Of a stretch of 64,000 bases of DNA, positions 9,245 to 18,396 are shown piece by piece. How positions within the stretch are numbered: position 1 is the first letter of the stretch; every line of letters starts with the position of its first letter. Made by a program: the position numbers and the translations under genes. The DNA comes from an uncultured Holophaga sp. (GTDB lineage Bacteria; Acidobacteriota; Holophagae; Holophagales; Holophagaceae): positions 2,912,001 to 2,976,000 of the forward strand of contig OY761614.1 of the NCBI GenBank assembly GCA_963664825.1, read 5' to 3'. Below the pieces are notes generated by a model. The model was not told the origin of the DNA. It saw only the letters and a list, made by a program, of their open reading frames with translations, and did not search any database.

Positions 9245-11248
9245 TTAGCTGTAGCCGCCCATGAGCTTGTGGATGAAGCGGCTCACGAAGGCCCAGAGCA
9301 GGATGCAGGCGAAGAGGGCCAGGCCCGCGCACCAGATGAAGATGATCCACATGGGGGTGCCAGCCATGTTGCTGGCGATCTTGCCTGCGGCGTAGGATCC
9401 CAGGCCGCTGCCGAAGAACCAGATGCCCATCATCTGGCTGCCCAGCTGGCGGGGGGCCAGCTTGGAGACGTAGGCCAGGCCCACGGGAGAGAGACACAGC
9501 TCGCCCAGTGTGGCGAAGACATAGGTGCCGAAGAGCCAGCCCAGGGAGACCTGCATCACCTGGCCCAGTTGGGGCTGGGCCAGGCGGGCCGCCATGGACA
9601 TGACGCCTAGCGCCAGGGAGACGCAGAGGAGCCCCAGGGCGAATTTCACCGGGCTGCTGGGCCACTTGCCGCTGCGCTTGCGCCAAAGGGCGGCGAAGAC
9701 CGCCCCGAGGATCACCACCAGGGTGGGATTGGTCACCAGCACGAAGACCGGCGGGATCTCGAAGCCGCCCTTGGCCTGGAGGAGATCCGTCTTCTGTTTC
9801 TCCAGAGCCTTCTCCTTCTGGGCCACAGCGGCGAGCTTGGCCTCCGCGGCGCTCATTTGGTCCAGCACGCCCTTCATCTCCTGGGCCACCGGTGGGTTCT
9901 GGTCGGAGGTGGCCTTCATATGGGCTTCCATCGCCGGGCGCTCGCCCTGGAGGCGTTGCACTTCGGCGGCGCGCTTGGCGGCATTCTTCGGCGTGTCCTG
10001 GGCCGGTTTCAGGTCCTGGAGGGTCTGGATCTCCTTATCCAGGGTCCTGAGTTTGAGGGTGGCTTCCACCAGAGGATTATCCTGCTTGCGCAGGGCATCG
10101 AAGGTCGTCTCGAAGGCCTTCACCGCTTTATCGGCCGGGGGCAGTTCGTTGAGGCGGATCTTGGCCTGTTCGACGGCGAGGGCTTGAGCCTGGGGGTTGC
10201 CGAAGACCCGCTTGCTGTAGTCCCGGGCGAAGAGATTGAAGGTGGAACCCGCCTGCTGGAAGAGCATCCAGAAAATCAGGCTGAAGGCGATCATCAGGCC
10301 CACTACGCCGATGCGGGTCCAGTCGGAACCGGTGAGCTTCTGGTGCTCAATGGGGGTGCCGCCGGAGGTGGCTGCAACCGATGTGCGGGTCTTCACGAGG
10401 CCGCGGTTGATGAGGGCCTGGACGCCGAACATGAGGAAGATGGCCCCTCCGATGCCTGCTGCCAGCTGGACATAGGGGTTCGGATGACTGATGACCAGGA
10501 AGGCGAGGCCCACCACCACCGCCACCTGGAAGGCCACGAAGGGCAGGCCCGCGGGCCTCGGCTCCACTTCCCCCTCGGGGAGGGTGAGGTCCTGGATGAG
10601 CTTGCGGCGCAGGACGAAATTCACCAGGGAGAGCAGCATGCCGAAGCCCGTCATGCCGAAGGCCCAGGCCCAGCCATTGGGGCTATCCAGCCCCACGGCG
10701 CGCAGGAGGGACATGAAGCTGGGACTGCTGGACATCCAGCCGCAGAGGAAGACTGCGATGATGGAGCCCACGTTTATGCCCGCGTATTCGATGGTGAAGG
10801 CGGCGTCCCTTCTGGGATCGTGCTTGTCGTACATCTTGCCGACCGAGGCCGAGAGATTGGGCTTCATCAGGCAGGTGCCCACGGCGATGGCGGTGAGCGA
10901 GAAGAGCAGGGCCTGGGCGCTATGCACCTGGAGCAGGAGCTGGCCTGCGGCGATGAAGAGGCCCCCCAGGAGGATGGTGCGCTTGGCGCCGATGAAGCGA
11001 TCAGCGATCTGGCCGCCGGAGAGGGCGAAGACATAGAGGGAGAGGTAGTAGCCCGCAAATATCGCCGTGGCCCGCCCCAGATCGAGCCCCAGCCCGCCCA
11101 TGGCCGCGGAGGCCGTCATATACAGCATCAACAGGGGCCGCGTCCCATAGAACGACATGCGTTCGAAGGTCTCCGTGATGACGAGCACCCAGAGGCCCTT
11201 GGGGTGACCTTTCGGGATGTCCGTCGCTGGAACAGCGGACTGGTTCAT
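9245..11248 (-). CDS. POT/PTR family peptide:H+ symporter with a large coiled-coil insertion
   Basis: GHPKGL, ETFERMSFYG (ExxERFxYY-like), ADRFIG, KPN, INVGS and GELCLSPVGL motifs. Confidence 0.92.
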   Translation of the reverse strand: MNQSAVPATDIPKGHPKGLWVLVITETFERMSFYGTRPLLMLYMTASAAMGGLGLDLGRATAIFAGYYLSLYVFALSGGQIADRFIGAKRTILLGGLFIAAGQLLLQVHSAQALLFSLTAIAVGTCLMKPNLSASVGKMYDKHDPRRDAAFTIEYAGINVGSIIAVFLCGWMSSSPSFMSLLRAVGLDSPNGWAWAFGMTGFGMLLSLVNFVLRRKLIQDLTLPEGEVEPRPAGLPFVAFQVAVVVGLAFLVISHPNPYVQLAAGIGGAIFLMFGVQALINRGLVKTRTSVAATSGGTPIEHQKLTGSDWTRIGVVGLMIAFSLIFWMLFQQAGSTFNLFARDYSKRVFGNPQAQALAVEQAKIRLNELPPADKAVKAFETTFDALRKQDNPLVEATLKLRTLDKEIQTLQDLKPAQDTPKNAAKRAAEVQRLQGERPAMEAHMKATSDQNPPVAQEMKGVLDQMSAAEAKLAAVAQKEKALEKQKTDLLQAKGGFEIPPVFVLVTNPTLVVILGAVFAALWRKRSGKWPSSPVKFALGLLCVSLALGVMSMAARLAQPQLGQVMQVSLGWLFGTYVFATLGELCLSPVGLAYVSKLAPRQLGSQMMGIWFFGSGLGSYAAGKIASNMAGTPMWIIFIWCAGLALFACILLWAFVSRFIHKLMGGYS

Positions 11249-11330
11249 AGGGGAGCCTCCTCAGGATTCGTTCTGGCCATCGTCTCGCGAGGGCCACCCC
11301 GCTGGCAATGATGGATGCCGAATTCAGGCC

Positions 11331-12740
11331 TCAGAAATGAAAGCGGGCCGAGAGGGCCAGGATCTCGATGCGGTTCTGGAAGTGGCCGCTCAGGTTGCCC
11401 CGGAAGAAATCCGGGCTGGTGGAGGTCCCGGCGCTGAGGGCGAGGGGGGCTTCCTGGATGGCGATATGGGTGTAAGCGAGATCCACCGCCAGGGTCTTGC
11501 TGAAGGTGTAACCCAGGCCCACGGAAAACCAGGTGCGGTCGCCGTCCGGGATGCGGGGGGTGCGGGTGCTATCCGGGGCGGCGCCCTGGTCGCTGGCCAG
11601 GCCTGCCCTCAGGGAGAGCGATTCCGAACACTTCCAGGTGGCCCCCAGGCTGCAAAACCAGGTATCGCGCCAGTTTTCGAGGGTGACGGAATCGGACTGG
11701 CCGGATCCGAACTTCATCCGGAGTTCCTTGAAGGCGCTCCACTCCGTGCGGGAGACCTCCCAGGCCAGGTTGAAGGCGGGGTGGAGATCGTATGAGATGC
11801 CCAGGGAGATGGAATCGGGCAGGGACACCGCCGCCGTCACGGGGCCGTCGATGAGATGGCCTCCGTTGATCACGCCGGTGAAATAAGGCGCCAGGTTCGG
11901 GGAGACGGTGGGGTATTGGTAGGTGACGGTGCCTTCCACCTTCGGCTTGGTTGCGCCGGAGTATGCGAGCCCCAGGTGGAGTGTGCGGGTGGGCTCGAAG
12001 GTCAGGCCGAGCTTATAGCCGATCACCGACGCATCGCCCTTGATCGTGGCCTTGCCATCGTAGGGGGAGGAGGTGCCGCTGGGGATGAAGGCCCCGGAAA
12101 CCGAGGCGGAGGCTAGGCCCAGGAAGGCGATCTGGCCCATATCCACCGCGTTGCTCAGCTCGGCGTCCACCTTCCGGTAGATCAGGCTCGCGCCCACAGA
12201 CAGGGTCGGATGGATCCGATAGGCGGCGTTGAGGGCCACATCCAGCGTCTGAAGATCGGATTTGAGGGCGTGGTAGCGACCGGTGAAGCTGGGATCGTAT
12301 TGGGTCACCAGTCCGAAGGGGGCGTTCACGGACAGGCCCAGCTTGAAGTCCTTCGTTACCGACCACAGGGCATAGAGGTTGGGCAGCAACGCATCGTTGG
12401 CGGCGTCCGGATGGGAGGCGGGCCCTGGGATGGTGGTCCCGCCAAAGGGCGCCAGGGTTCCGGAATAGGTGCCCCGGGTGGCCGAGGCGCCTCCCAATTC
12501 CGCCTTGGGGGCTACAGAGGTCCCGCCGATCACGAACTGGAAGCCCTCGAAGGCCGTTAGGGTGGCGGGGTTGAAGAACATGCTGCTGATATCGGTCCCC
12601 CCCGCGCTGATGCCGGCGAAGGCGCTGCCTTGGGCGCTGGGGCTCTGTTCCCGGAGCTGGAAGCCAGAGGCCAGGGCCCGGGGCGCGAGGGTGCCCGCCA
12701 CGAGAAGGGTGAGGGTGATCGTTCGGATGGGTGGGGTCAT
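11331..12740 (-). CDS. OmpP1/FadL family outer-membrane transporter
   Basis: Signal peptide, ASGFQLREQS...G.AFAG, FFNPA, APFGL, RTPRIPD and terminal Phe. Confidence 0.9.
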   Translation of the reverse strand: MTPPIRTITLTLLVAGTLAPRALASGFQLREQSPSAQGSAFAGISAGGTDISSMFFNPATLTAFEGFQFVIGGTSVAPKAELGGASATRGTYSGTLAPFGGTTIPGPASHPDAANDALLPNLYALWSVTKDFKLGLSVNAPFGLVTQYDPSFTGRYHALKSDLQTLDVALNAAYRIHPTLSVGASLIYRKVDAELSNAVDMGQIAFLGLASASVSGAFIPSGTSSPYDGKATIKGDASVIGYKLGLTFEPTRTLHLGLAYSGATKPKVEGTVTYQYPTVSPNLAPYFTGVINGGHLIDGPVTAAVSLPDSISLGISYDLHPAFNLAWEVSRTEWSAFKELRMKFGSGQSDSVTLENWRDTWFCSLGATWKCSESLSLRAGLASDQGAAPDSTRTPRIPDGDRTWFSVGLGYTFSKTLAVDLAYTHIAIQEAPLALSAGTSTSPDFFRGNLSGHFQNRIEILALSARFHF

Positions 12741-12900
12741 GTCTGGAGCACTCCGATCCCGGTTCGCCGGGGCTGGGAATGAACCAGACTAGGGAAGGGT
12801 ATGGAATGTTGACAATGACAAACAATCGGCGAGATCAGCTAATGGTGACCATGGATAACGCGGGTATGAACATGTTGAGAAAAAAAAGATATGCCCGAAA

Positions 12901-13659
12901 TCAGTCTTTCCCGAGCAGTTCCTTCAGCCGGCCGTACCCGCTCTTGCTCACCGGCAGGCGCGTGCCGTCGATTAGGACGGCGATCCAGCTCTCGGTCTCG
13001 CTCTGTTCCAGGCGGGCCAGGCGGTCCGTCTGGATGATGAAGCTGCGGTGGATGCGCAGGAAGCGTTTGGGATCCAGGCGGGATTCGAGACTTGCCAGGG
13101 TCTGCTGCTTGAGATGGCCCTTCTCGGGGGTCTTCAGGAGCACGTAGTCGTCCTGGGCCTGGATGTAGTCCAGCTTGGAGAGGGGGATGAGGGTCACCTT
13201 GGTGCCGTCCCGCACCACGATGCGGTCCAGGGGCCAATCGCTCTTGGCGGTGCTGGAGAGATCGGTGGCCTGGACCCGGGTGGGCTCCCCCGAGCCCAGC
13301 CGGATCTTGGCCCGCTGGAGGGCCTCCTCGAAGCGCTCCAGGCCGAAGGGCTTGAGGAGGTAGTCCACGGCGTGGACCTCGAAGGCCTTGAGGGCATGCT
13401 GGTCGTAGGCCGTCACGAAGATGACCGTGGGCTGGGGATCCAGCAGCTCGAGGACCTCGAAGCCGTCTAATTTAGGCATCTGGATATCCAGGAACATCAG
13501 GTCCGGCTTGAGCTCGGTGGCCATTTTTACGGCGTCGAAGCCGTTGGAACTTTCGGCCAGGATCTGCACTTCGGGATGGCTGGCCAGGTGTTCCCTCAGG
13601 ACGGCCCGGGCCAGGTCCTCGTCATCGACGATGAGGGCTGTGAAGGTGCGTTCGCTCAT
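12901..13659 (-). CDS. LytTR family response regulator
   Basis: IVDDE, FLDIQMP, FVTAYDQ, DYLLKP and FLRIHRS motifs. Confidence 0.93.
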   Translation of the reverse strand: MSERTFTALIVDDEDLARAVLREHLASHPEVQILAESSNGFDAVKMATELKPDLMFLDIQMPKLDGFEVLELLDPQPTVIFVTAYDQHALKAFEVHAVDYLLKPFGLERFEEALQRAKIRLGSGEPTRVQATDLSSTAKSDWPLDRIVVRDGTKVTLIPLSKLDYIQAQDDYVLLKTPEKGHLKQQTLASLESRLDPKRFLRIHRSFIIQTDRLARLEQSETESWIAVLIDGTRLPVSKSGYGRLKELLGKD

Positions 13660-14726
13660 GGTTCTACCTCGCCTGAATGCCGGGGGAAGGTCAGCACCAC
13701 CTCGTGACGCCCCTCCCGGATCTTCGCTTCGAAAAAGGTCTGGCTGCCGTATCGCCCCTGGAGCCGCTGCTTCACCTGCTTGAGCCCCAGCCCCAGGCCC
13801 TGGGGCTGTTCGGCATCGGCGTCCATGGGATTTCCCACATGGATCTCCACGAAGGCGCCGTGGGCCAGGGCGGAGATGTGGATCGTGCCCCCCTCGGGGA
13901 TCTGGGCGATGCCATGTTTGATGGCGTTTTCCACCAGGGGCTGGAGGAGCAGGGTGGGGATCTCGACGTCCTCGAGGGCAGGGGACAGATCCCATTGGAT
14001 CCTGAGGTGCTCTCCGAAGCGGATCTGCTCGATGGCCAGGTAGTTCCTGACGAGGTCCAGTTCATCCGAGAGCCTCACCGTGGCGCGCTCTCCCAGGCGG
14101 AGGCTCTTGCGGAGGAAATCCGCCAGCAGCACGCACATCTCCCGGGCGCGCTTGGCGTCCAGGCTCGTGAGGGCGCTGATGGAGTTCAGGCTGTTGAAGA
14201 GAAAGTGCGGATTGAGTTGGGCGCGCAGAGCCTTCAGTTCGGCCTCCCGGGCCAGGACCCGCAGTTCCTGTTCCATGCGCTCGGCCTCCTGGCGCTGTTC
14301 GAGTGTCATCAGAAGGTAGTGCAGGGCCACGGTGAGGAGGTAGAGGATGCAGCCCGTGGTCCCGGCCACCAGCAGGTTCAGAAGGCTCATCTCCCCATAG
14401 GGGGCCAGGGCCGGATAGCCCCGTCCCAGCTGCTTGAGGACCTCCAGCATCAGGATGGACCAGAGGGCGCCCATGGCCAGGGAGGCCGCCATCCAAGTGG
14501 TCACCAGCGTGCGAGTCTCCGTGGTGGCGATGGGGAGCGTGCGGCACAGGAAAAACGAAGAGAGGAAGAGGCCCGCGGCGGTGTAGGCGCCCACCAGGCC
14601 AACGATGATCGCGGCGGGCAGGGGGGCGTGCTTGACCGCGGCCTGGGCCGCCAAGAGCGCCGCAATGGGGACCCACCCCAGGAGGTAGGTCCCCAGTCGG
14701 GCCCGGCTTCTTAAGACTGGATGCAT
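13656..14726 (-). CDS. LytS/YehU-type sensor histidine kinase
   Basis: TM region, LRAQLNPHFLFNSLN, LLQPLVENAIKHG and GLGL motifs. Confidence 0.92.
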   Translation of the reverse strand: MHPVLRSRARLGTYLLGWVPIAALLAAQAAVKHAPLPAAIIVGLVGAYTAAGLFLSSFFLCRTLPIATTETRTLVTTWMAASLAMGALWSILMLEVLKQLGRGYPALAPYGEMSLLNLLVAGTTGCILYLLTVALHYLLMTLEQRQEAERMEQELRVLAREAELKALRAQLNPHFLFNSLNSISALTSLDAKRAREMCVLLADFLRKSLRLGERATVRLSDELDLVRNYLAIEQIRFGEHLRIQWDLSPALEDVEIPTLLLQPLVENAIKHGIAQIPEGGTIHISALAHGAFVEIHVGNPMDADAEQPQGLGLGLKQVKQRLQGRYGSQTFFEAKIREGRHEVVLTFPRHSGEVEP

Positions 14727-14727
14727 C

Positions 14728-15441
14728 TCAGTGCCGGATCTCGATGCCCCCGAAGAGCACGAGCCCCGTGATGACGAGCCGGGGACGGGCTTCTCCGCCC
14801 TGGGGCAGGGGGGCGGTCTTGTCATTGACGCCGCCGAAAATGGCCGTGGCCTGCACCAGCACTTCCCAGCCCTCGGGCACCTTGATATCGCCGCCGCCGA
14901 ACATCACGAAGGTATCGAGCCGGGCGGAGCTGCCCTCGATCATGGCCTGGCGGAGATCCACCTCGAAGCTGCCGAAGATGGAGGTGAGTTCTCCCCCCCG
15001 GAAGGCCTGGGACTGGGGGCGGTGCTTGAAGGCGCTGAGGATGGCGTTGCCCCGCAGGAAGCCTTCGCTCTGCTGCAATTCCTCCGGCACCCGCCTGTGC
15101 TGCTTGAGGGCCCTGAGCACGATGAAGATGCCGACGCCCGTGAGGAGCATGGGGCCGATGAGATCCCCCACGCTGCGATCCCACACCGTCTTGAGGAGGA
15201 GCATGAGGCCGATGCCCGTGAGCAGGTAGCCGCTCACGCAGGTGCCCTGGCAGGCCCGCAGCTTGAGGAGGCCCACCGCCACCAGAATCAGGGGCCAGAA
15301 CTTGAAGACCATATGGCCGTAATAGAAATTGAGATCGAAGTTGTCCAGGAGGAGGCCCAGGCCGAATATGACGATGGCGATGCCGACGACCAGGGCGGGG
15401 GTGACGAAGCGGCCAGGGTGGGATTCAGTTTCGGGGTTCAT
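14728..15441 (-). CDS. LiaF-like membrane protein (DUF5668 N-terminus, DUF2154-like C-terminus)
   Basis: FWPLILVAVG TM motif; FRGGELTSIFG..VDLR, FGG..I.VP..W and LFGGIEI motifs. Confidence 0.8.
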   Translation of the reverse strand: MNPETESHPGRFVTPALVVGIAIVIFGLGLLLDNFDLNFYYGHMVFKFWPLILVAVGLLKLRACQGTCVSGYLLTGIGLMLLLKTVWDRSVGDLIGPMLLTGVGIFIVLRALKQHRRVPEELQQSEGFLRGNAILSAFKHRPQSQAFRGGELTSIFGSFEVDLRQAMIEGSSARLDTFVMFGGGDIKVPEGWEVLVQATAIFGGVNDKTAPLPQGGEARPRLVITGLVLFGGIEIRH

Positions 15442-15839
15442 GAGGGCCTCTCGTTGGAATCCTGACAGAAAGATTCGGGAGCCTGGATGGGTTCGGTCTT
15501 GGGGGCTGGCCACAGGGCCCGGAGCGTGAGCACGAGGCCCATCCAGACAACGCCCAGGGGCCACCATTTCTCCAGCAGGTATTCCTTCTCCAGGCATCCC
15601 AGTTGGAGCATCAGGCCCACCAGGACCAGGACGTGTCCTCCCGTGGCGCGCAGGAAACCCCGGCTGAAGATCCGCTCTAGGCCCAGCACGACCAGGGCCA
15701 GGGGCCAGAATCGCAGGCTGTGGCTGGCGTCCAGGATGCCCAGGTTGTGCAGCAGGAAAGCCGCTCCGAAAACCATGCAGAGGATTCCCAGCACCAATTT
15801 GGCGGTGAAGCGGGAATCGCATTCCGATCGTGCGTGCAT
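15438..15839 (-). CDS. LiaF/DUF5668 small membrane protein
   Basis: FWPLALVVLG and WWPL repeats; 4 predicted TM helices; coupled to the downstream gene. Confidence 0.75.
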   Translation of the reverse strand: MHARSECDSRFTAKLVLGILCMVFGAAFLLHNLGILDASHSLRFWPLALVVLGLERIFSRGFLRATGGHVLVLVGLMLQLGCLEKEYLLEKWWPLGVVWMGLVLTLRALWPAPKTEPIQAPESFCQDSNERPS

Positions 15840-15963
15840 CGTGTGCCTCCTGAACCAAGCTACGGGGCTGGATGCGCGGCGGCCATCCCCATTCGGCGAA
15901 TGGCGGAGAGGGATCGGCGAACGAAGGGGGATCCTGCGGTTTCGAGTTCTGGGTAAGCAGATT

Positions 15964-16054
15964 CACCACGGAGGCACGGAGCCCACGGAGAAAAGCAGAT
16001 GGATAAATGCGCGGCTGCCAAGCTTCTCTCCGTGTCCTTTGTGTCTCCGTGTTG
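15964..16054. repeat. Imperfect palindromic REP-like element built from CACGGAG units
   Basis: CACCACGGAGGCACGGAGCCCACGGAGA ... TCTCCGTGTCCTTTGTGTCTCCGTGTTG. Confidence 0.7.
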
Positions 16055-16083
16055 GGTTTCAGTTTTTTGACGCTCAAGGGGGA

Positions 16084-16692
16084 TCATTCCCAGATGACCA
16101 TGCCCCCCCGGCTGCGCTCGCGCCAGGCGTGTTCCAGGGCGCTGGCGCGTTCCGGGGGGATCCGGAAGTGGAGGGTGGAGAGGCTGCCCTGGAAATCCTG
16201 GCCCAGGATCTCCGAATCGGGAAAGGCTCCCAGCACCTGGAAGGGCAGATGGGCCTGGGCGGCGCCGACCTGGATGGATCCGGCGCATAGGATGCGGATC
16301 GGCTCCAGCAGCCCCTGGGCATGGGCCTCCCCCAGGGCTCCCTGGACGCCTTCGGTGTAGGCGCGCACCAGGCCTCCCGTACCCAGTTTGGTGCCTCCGA
16401 ACCAGCGGATGCACACGGCCAGGAGATCGGTGAGATCTCCCCCCTCCAGCACCTTGAGCATGGGGCCCCCGGCCGTGCCCGAAGGCTCCCCGTCGTCATC
16501 GGCCCCTTGGCCGCGCAGGGGAGCCCCCTCCCGCCAGGCCGAGCAGTGGTGGGTGGCGTCGAAATCGCGCTTGCGGAGCCCCGTGAGCAGGGTGCTTCGC
16601 GCTTCAGGGGTTTCGGCGGGATGCAACTCGGTCAGGAAGACCGAAGCCTTCTCCCGGAACTTGAAGCTGCAGGGCGCAATCAGGCGGCGCAT
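16084..16692 (-). CDS. YigZ/IMPACT family protein
   Basis: ATHHCSAW, DDDGEPSGTAG.PML and RWFGGTKLGTGGLVRAY motifs. Confidence 0.92.
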   Translation of the reverse strand: MRRLIAPCSFKFREKASVFLTELHPAETPEARSTLLTGLRKRDFDATHHCSAWREGAPLRGQGADDDGEPSGTAGGPMLKVLEGGDLTDLLAVCIRWFGGTKLGTGGLVRAYTEGVQGALGEAHAQGLLEPIRILCAGSIQVGAAQAHLPFQVLGAFPDSEILGQDFQGSLSTLHFRIPPERASALEHAWRERSRGGMVIWE

Positions 16693-16821
16693 CCTCTCAG
16701 CCTGCCACACAATGGCGCGACCCACATCACGCGAGTCCAGCCCTTCCCAGGGCTGGGGCGCCTTGCAAATTCCGGGCATTGGGAGTGTGATTGGGCCGAT
16801 CCCCTTTCGATGGAGGCGGCC

Positions 16822-17739
16822 ATGGCTACGGCACGTGTGAAGGAAATCCTCTCCTGGTATGCGTCGGAAAATCCGGGCGTGAAGGCCAACCTGGCGCGTC
16901 TCATGAATGCAGGGCGCCTGGCGGGCACGGGAAAGCTCGTAATCCTGCCGGTGGACCAGGGTTTCGAGCATGGTCCGGCCCGCAGCTTCGCCCCCAATCC
17001 CCCGGCCTACGATCCGCGCTATCACGTGGAACTGGCCCTGGAAGCGGGCTGCAACGCGTACGCAGCGCCCCTGGGCTTCCTGGAGGCCATCGCGTCGGAC
17101 TACGCGGGAGAGATCCCCCTCATCCTCAAGCTCAATAATTCGGATTCCCTGAGCAAGATCGAACCCTGCGGCGCGGTGACGGCCAGCGTGGAGGACGCGC
17201 TGCGGCTGGGATGCACGGCCATCGGCTACACGATCTATCCGGGCTCCAGCGACCGCAATGGGATGTACGAGGCGCTGCGGGAGCTGATCCTGGAGGCCAA
17301 GGCCGTGGGCCTGCCCACCATCGTCTGGTCCTATCCCCGGGGCGCGGGTCTTGCCAAGGAGGGGGAGACCGCCGCCGATGTCTCGGCCTACGCCGCCCAG
17401 ATCGCCTGCCAGCTGGGGGCCCACATCGTGAAGGTGAAGCCCCCCAAGGCCAACCTGTATACCCCAGAGGCCGCGAAGGTCTACGAGAAGTGCCAATTGC
17501 CCACCGGGACCCTGAGGGAGCGCGTGGCCGAGGTGCTGCGCAGCGCCTTCAATGGTCGGCGCATCGTGATCTTCAGCGGCGGCGAGGCCAAGGGCACAGA
17601 GGAGGTCTTGGCTGAAGTCCGAGAAATCGCCGCGGGCGGAGCCTTCGGCAGCATCATGGGCCGCAACGCCTTCCAGCGACCGAAGGCCGAGGCGCTCGAA
17701 CTGCTGCGCGCGGTCATGGAGATCCACGCCAAGGCTTGA
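16822..17739 (+). CDS. fbaB: Class I fructose-bisphosphate aldolase (DhnA/FbaB type)
   Basis: ILPVDQGFEHGP, GYTIYPGS, WSYPRG, LGAHIVKVK and IMGRNAFQRP motifs. Confidence 0.9.
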   Translation: MATARVKEILSWYASENPGVKANLARLMNAGRLAGTGKLVILPVDQGFEHGPARSFAPNPPAYDPRYHVELALEAGCNAYAAPLGFLEAIASDYAGEIPLILKLNNSDSLSKIEPCGAVTASVEDALRLGCTAIGYTIYPGSSDRNGMYEALRELILEAKAVGLPTIVWSYPRGAGLAKEGETAADVSAYAAQIACQLGAHIVKVKPPKANLYTPEAAKVYEKCQLPTGTLRERVAEVLRSAFNGRRIVIFSGGEAKGTEEVLAEVREIAAGGAFGSIMGRNAFQRPKAEALELLRAVMEIHAKA

Positions 17740-17765
17740 CCCGACAAGGCCGCTATCCTGGTTCC

Positions 17766-18392
17766 ATGAGCGAACGCAAGGCACCTCTCTGTCTGAGCCG
17801 CTGGGATTTCGCGGGCGCTGGAGCGCTGATGGCGCTCCTGGCGGCCTGGGGGATGCTCAAGGGACGCCTCCCCTCGCGTGTGCCCACCCATTTTGATATC
17901 GCGGGAAGGGCCAACGGGTGGATGGACCGCGGCAGCCTGCCCTGGCTGGTCTTCGGTCTGCCCATCGGGATCTGGCTCCTGTTCTGGTTGATGGACCTAG
18001 CCATGGCTGGGGCCGATGATCGAACTGCGGCGAAGATGGCCGCGATGCGACCGGCTCGGGGCTTGATGACCCTTGGGGTGGCGGGACTGAGTCTGGCCAT
18101 GCTGCTCATCCCCCTTCAAGGTCTCTGGATCCTCTGGGTGGCCCTCGCCTTCCTCTTCCTCTGCCTGGGCGTGGGCATCTGGGAAAGCGTCCTCTCCAGC
18201 CGCCGCCTGGGGCCCCAGCCTGATGACGAATACTACGTCTGGGGGCTCTTCTACGTGAACCCCCGGGACGAGCGGATCTGGATCCCCAAGCGCATCGGCA
18301 TCGGCTGGACGCTAAACTTCGGGAGGCCCGCGGGCTGGCTCATGCTGGCCCTGCTCCTGGCGCCGCTCCTCCTGCTCCTGGCCCTGCGCTAG
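17766..18392 (+). CDS. DUF1648/DUF5808 membrane protein
   Basis: LPSRVPTHFD..G.ANGW and FYVNPRD.RIWIPKRIGIGWTLNF motifs. Confidence 0.85.
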   Translation: MSERKAPLCLSRWDFAGAGALMALLAAWGMLKGRLPSRVPTHFDIAGRANGWMDRGSLPWLVFGLPIGIWLLFWLMDLAMAGADDRTAAKMAAMRPARGLMTLGVAGLSLAMLLIPLQGLWILWVALAFLFLCLGVGIWESVLSSRRLGPQPDDEYYVWGLFYVNPRDERIWIPKRIGIGWTLNFGRPAGWLMLALLLAPLLLLLALR

Positions 18393-18396
18393 TCCC

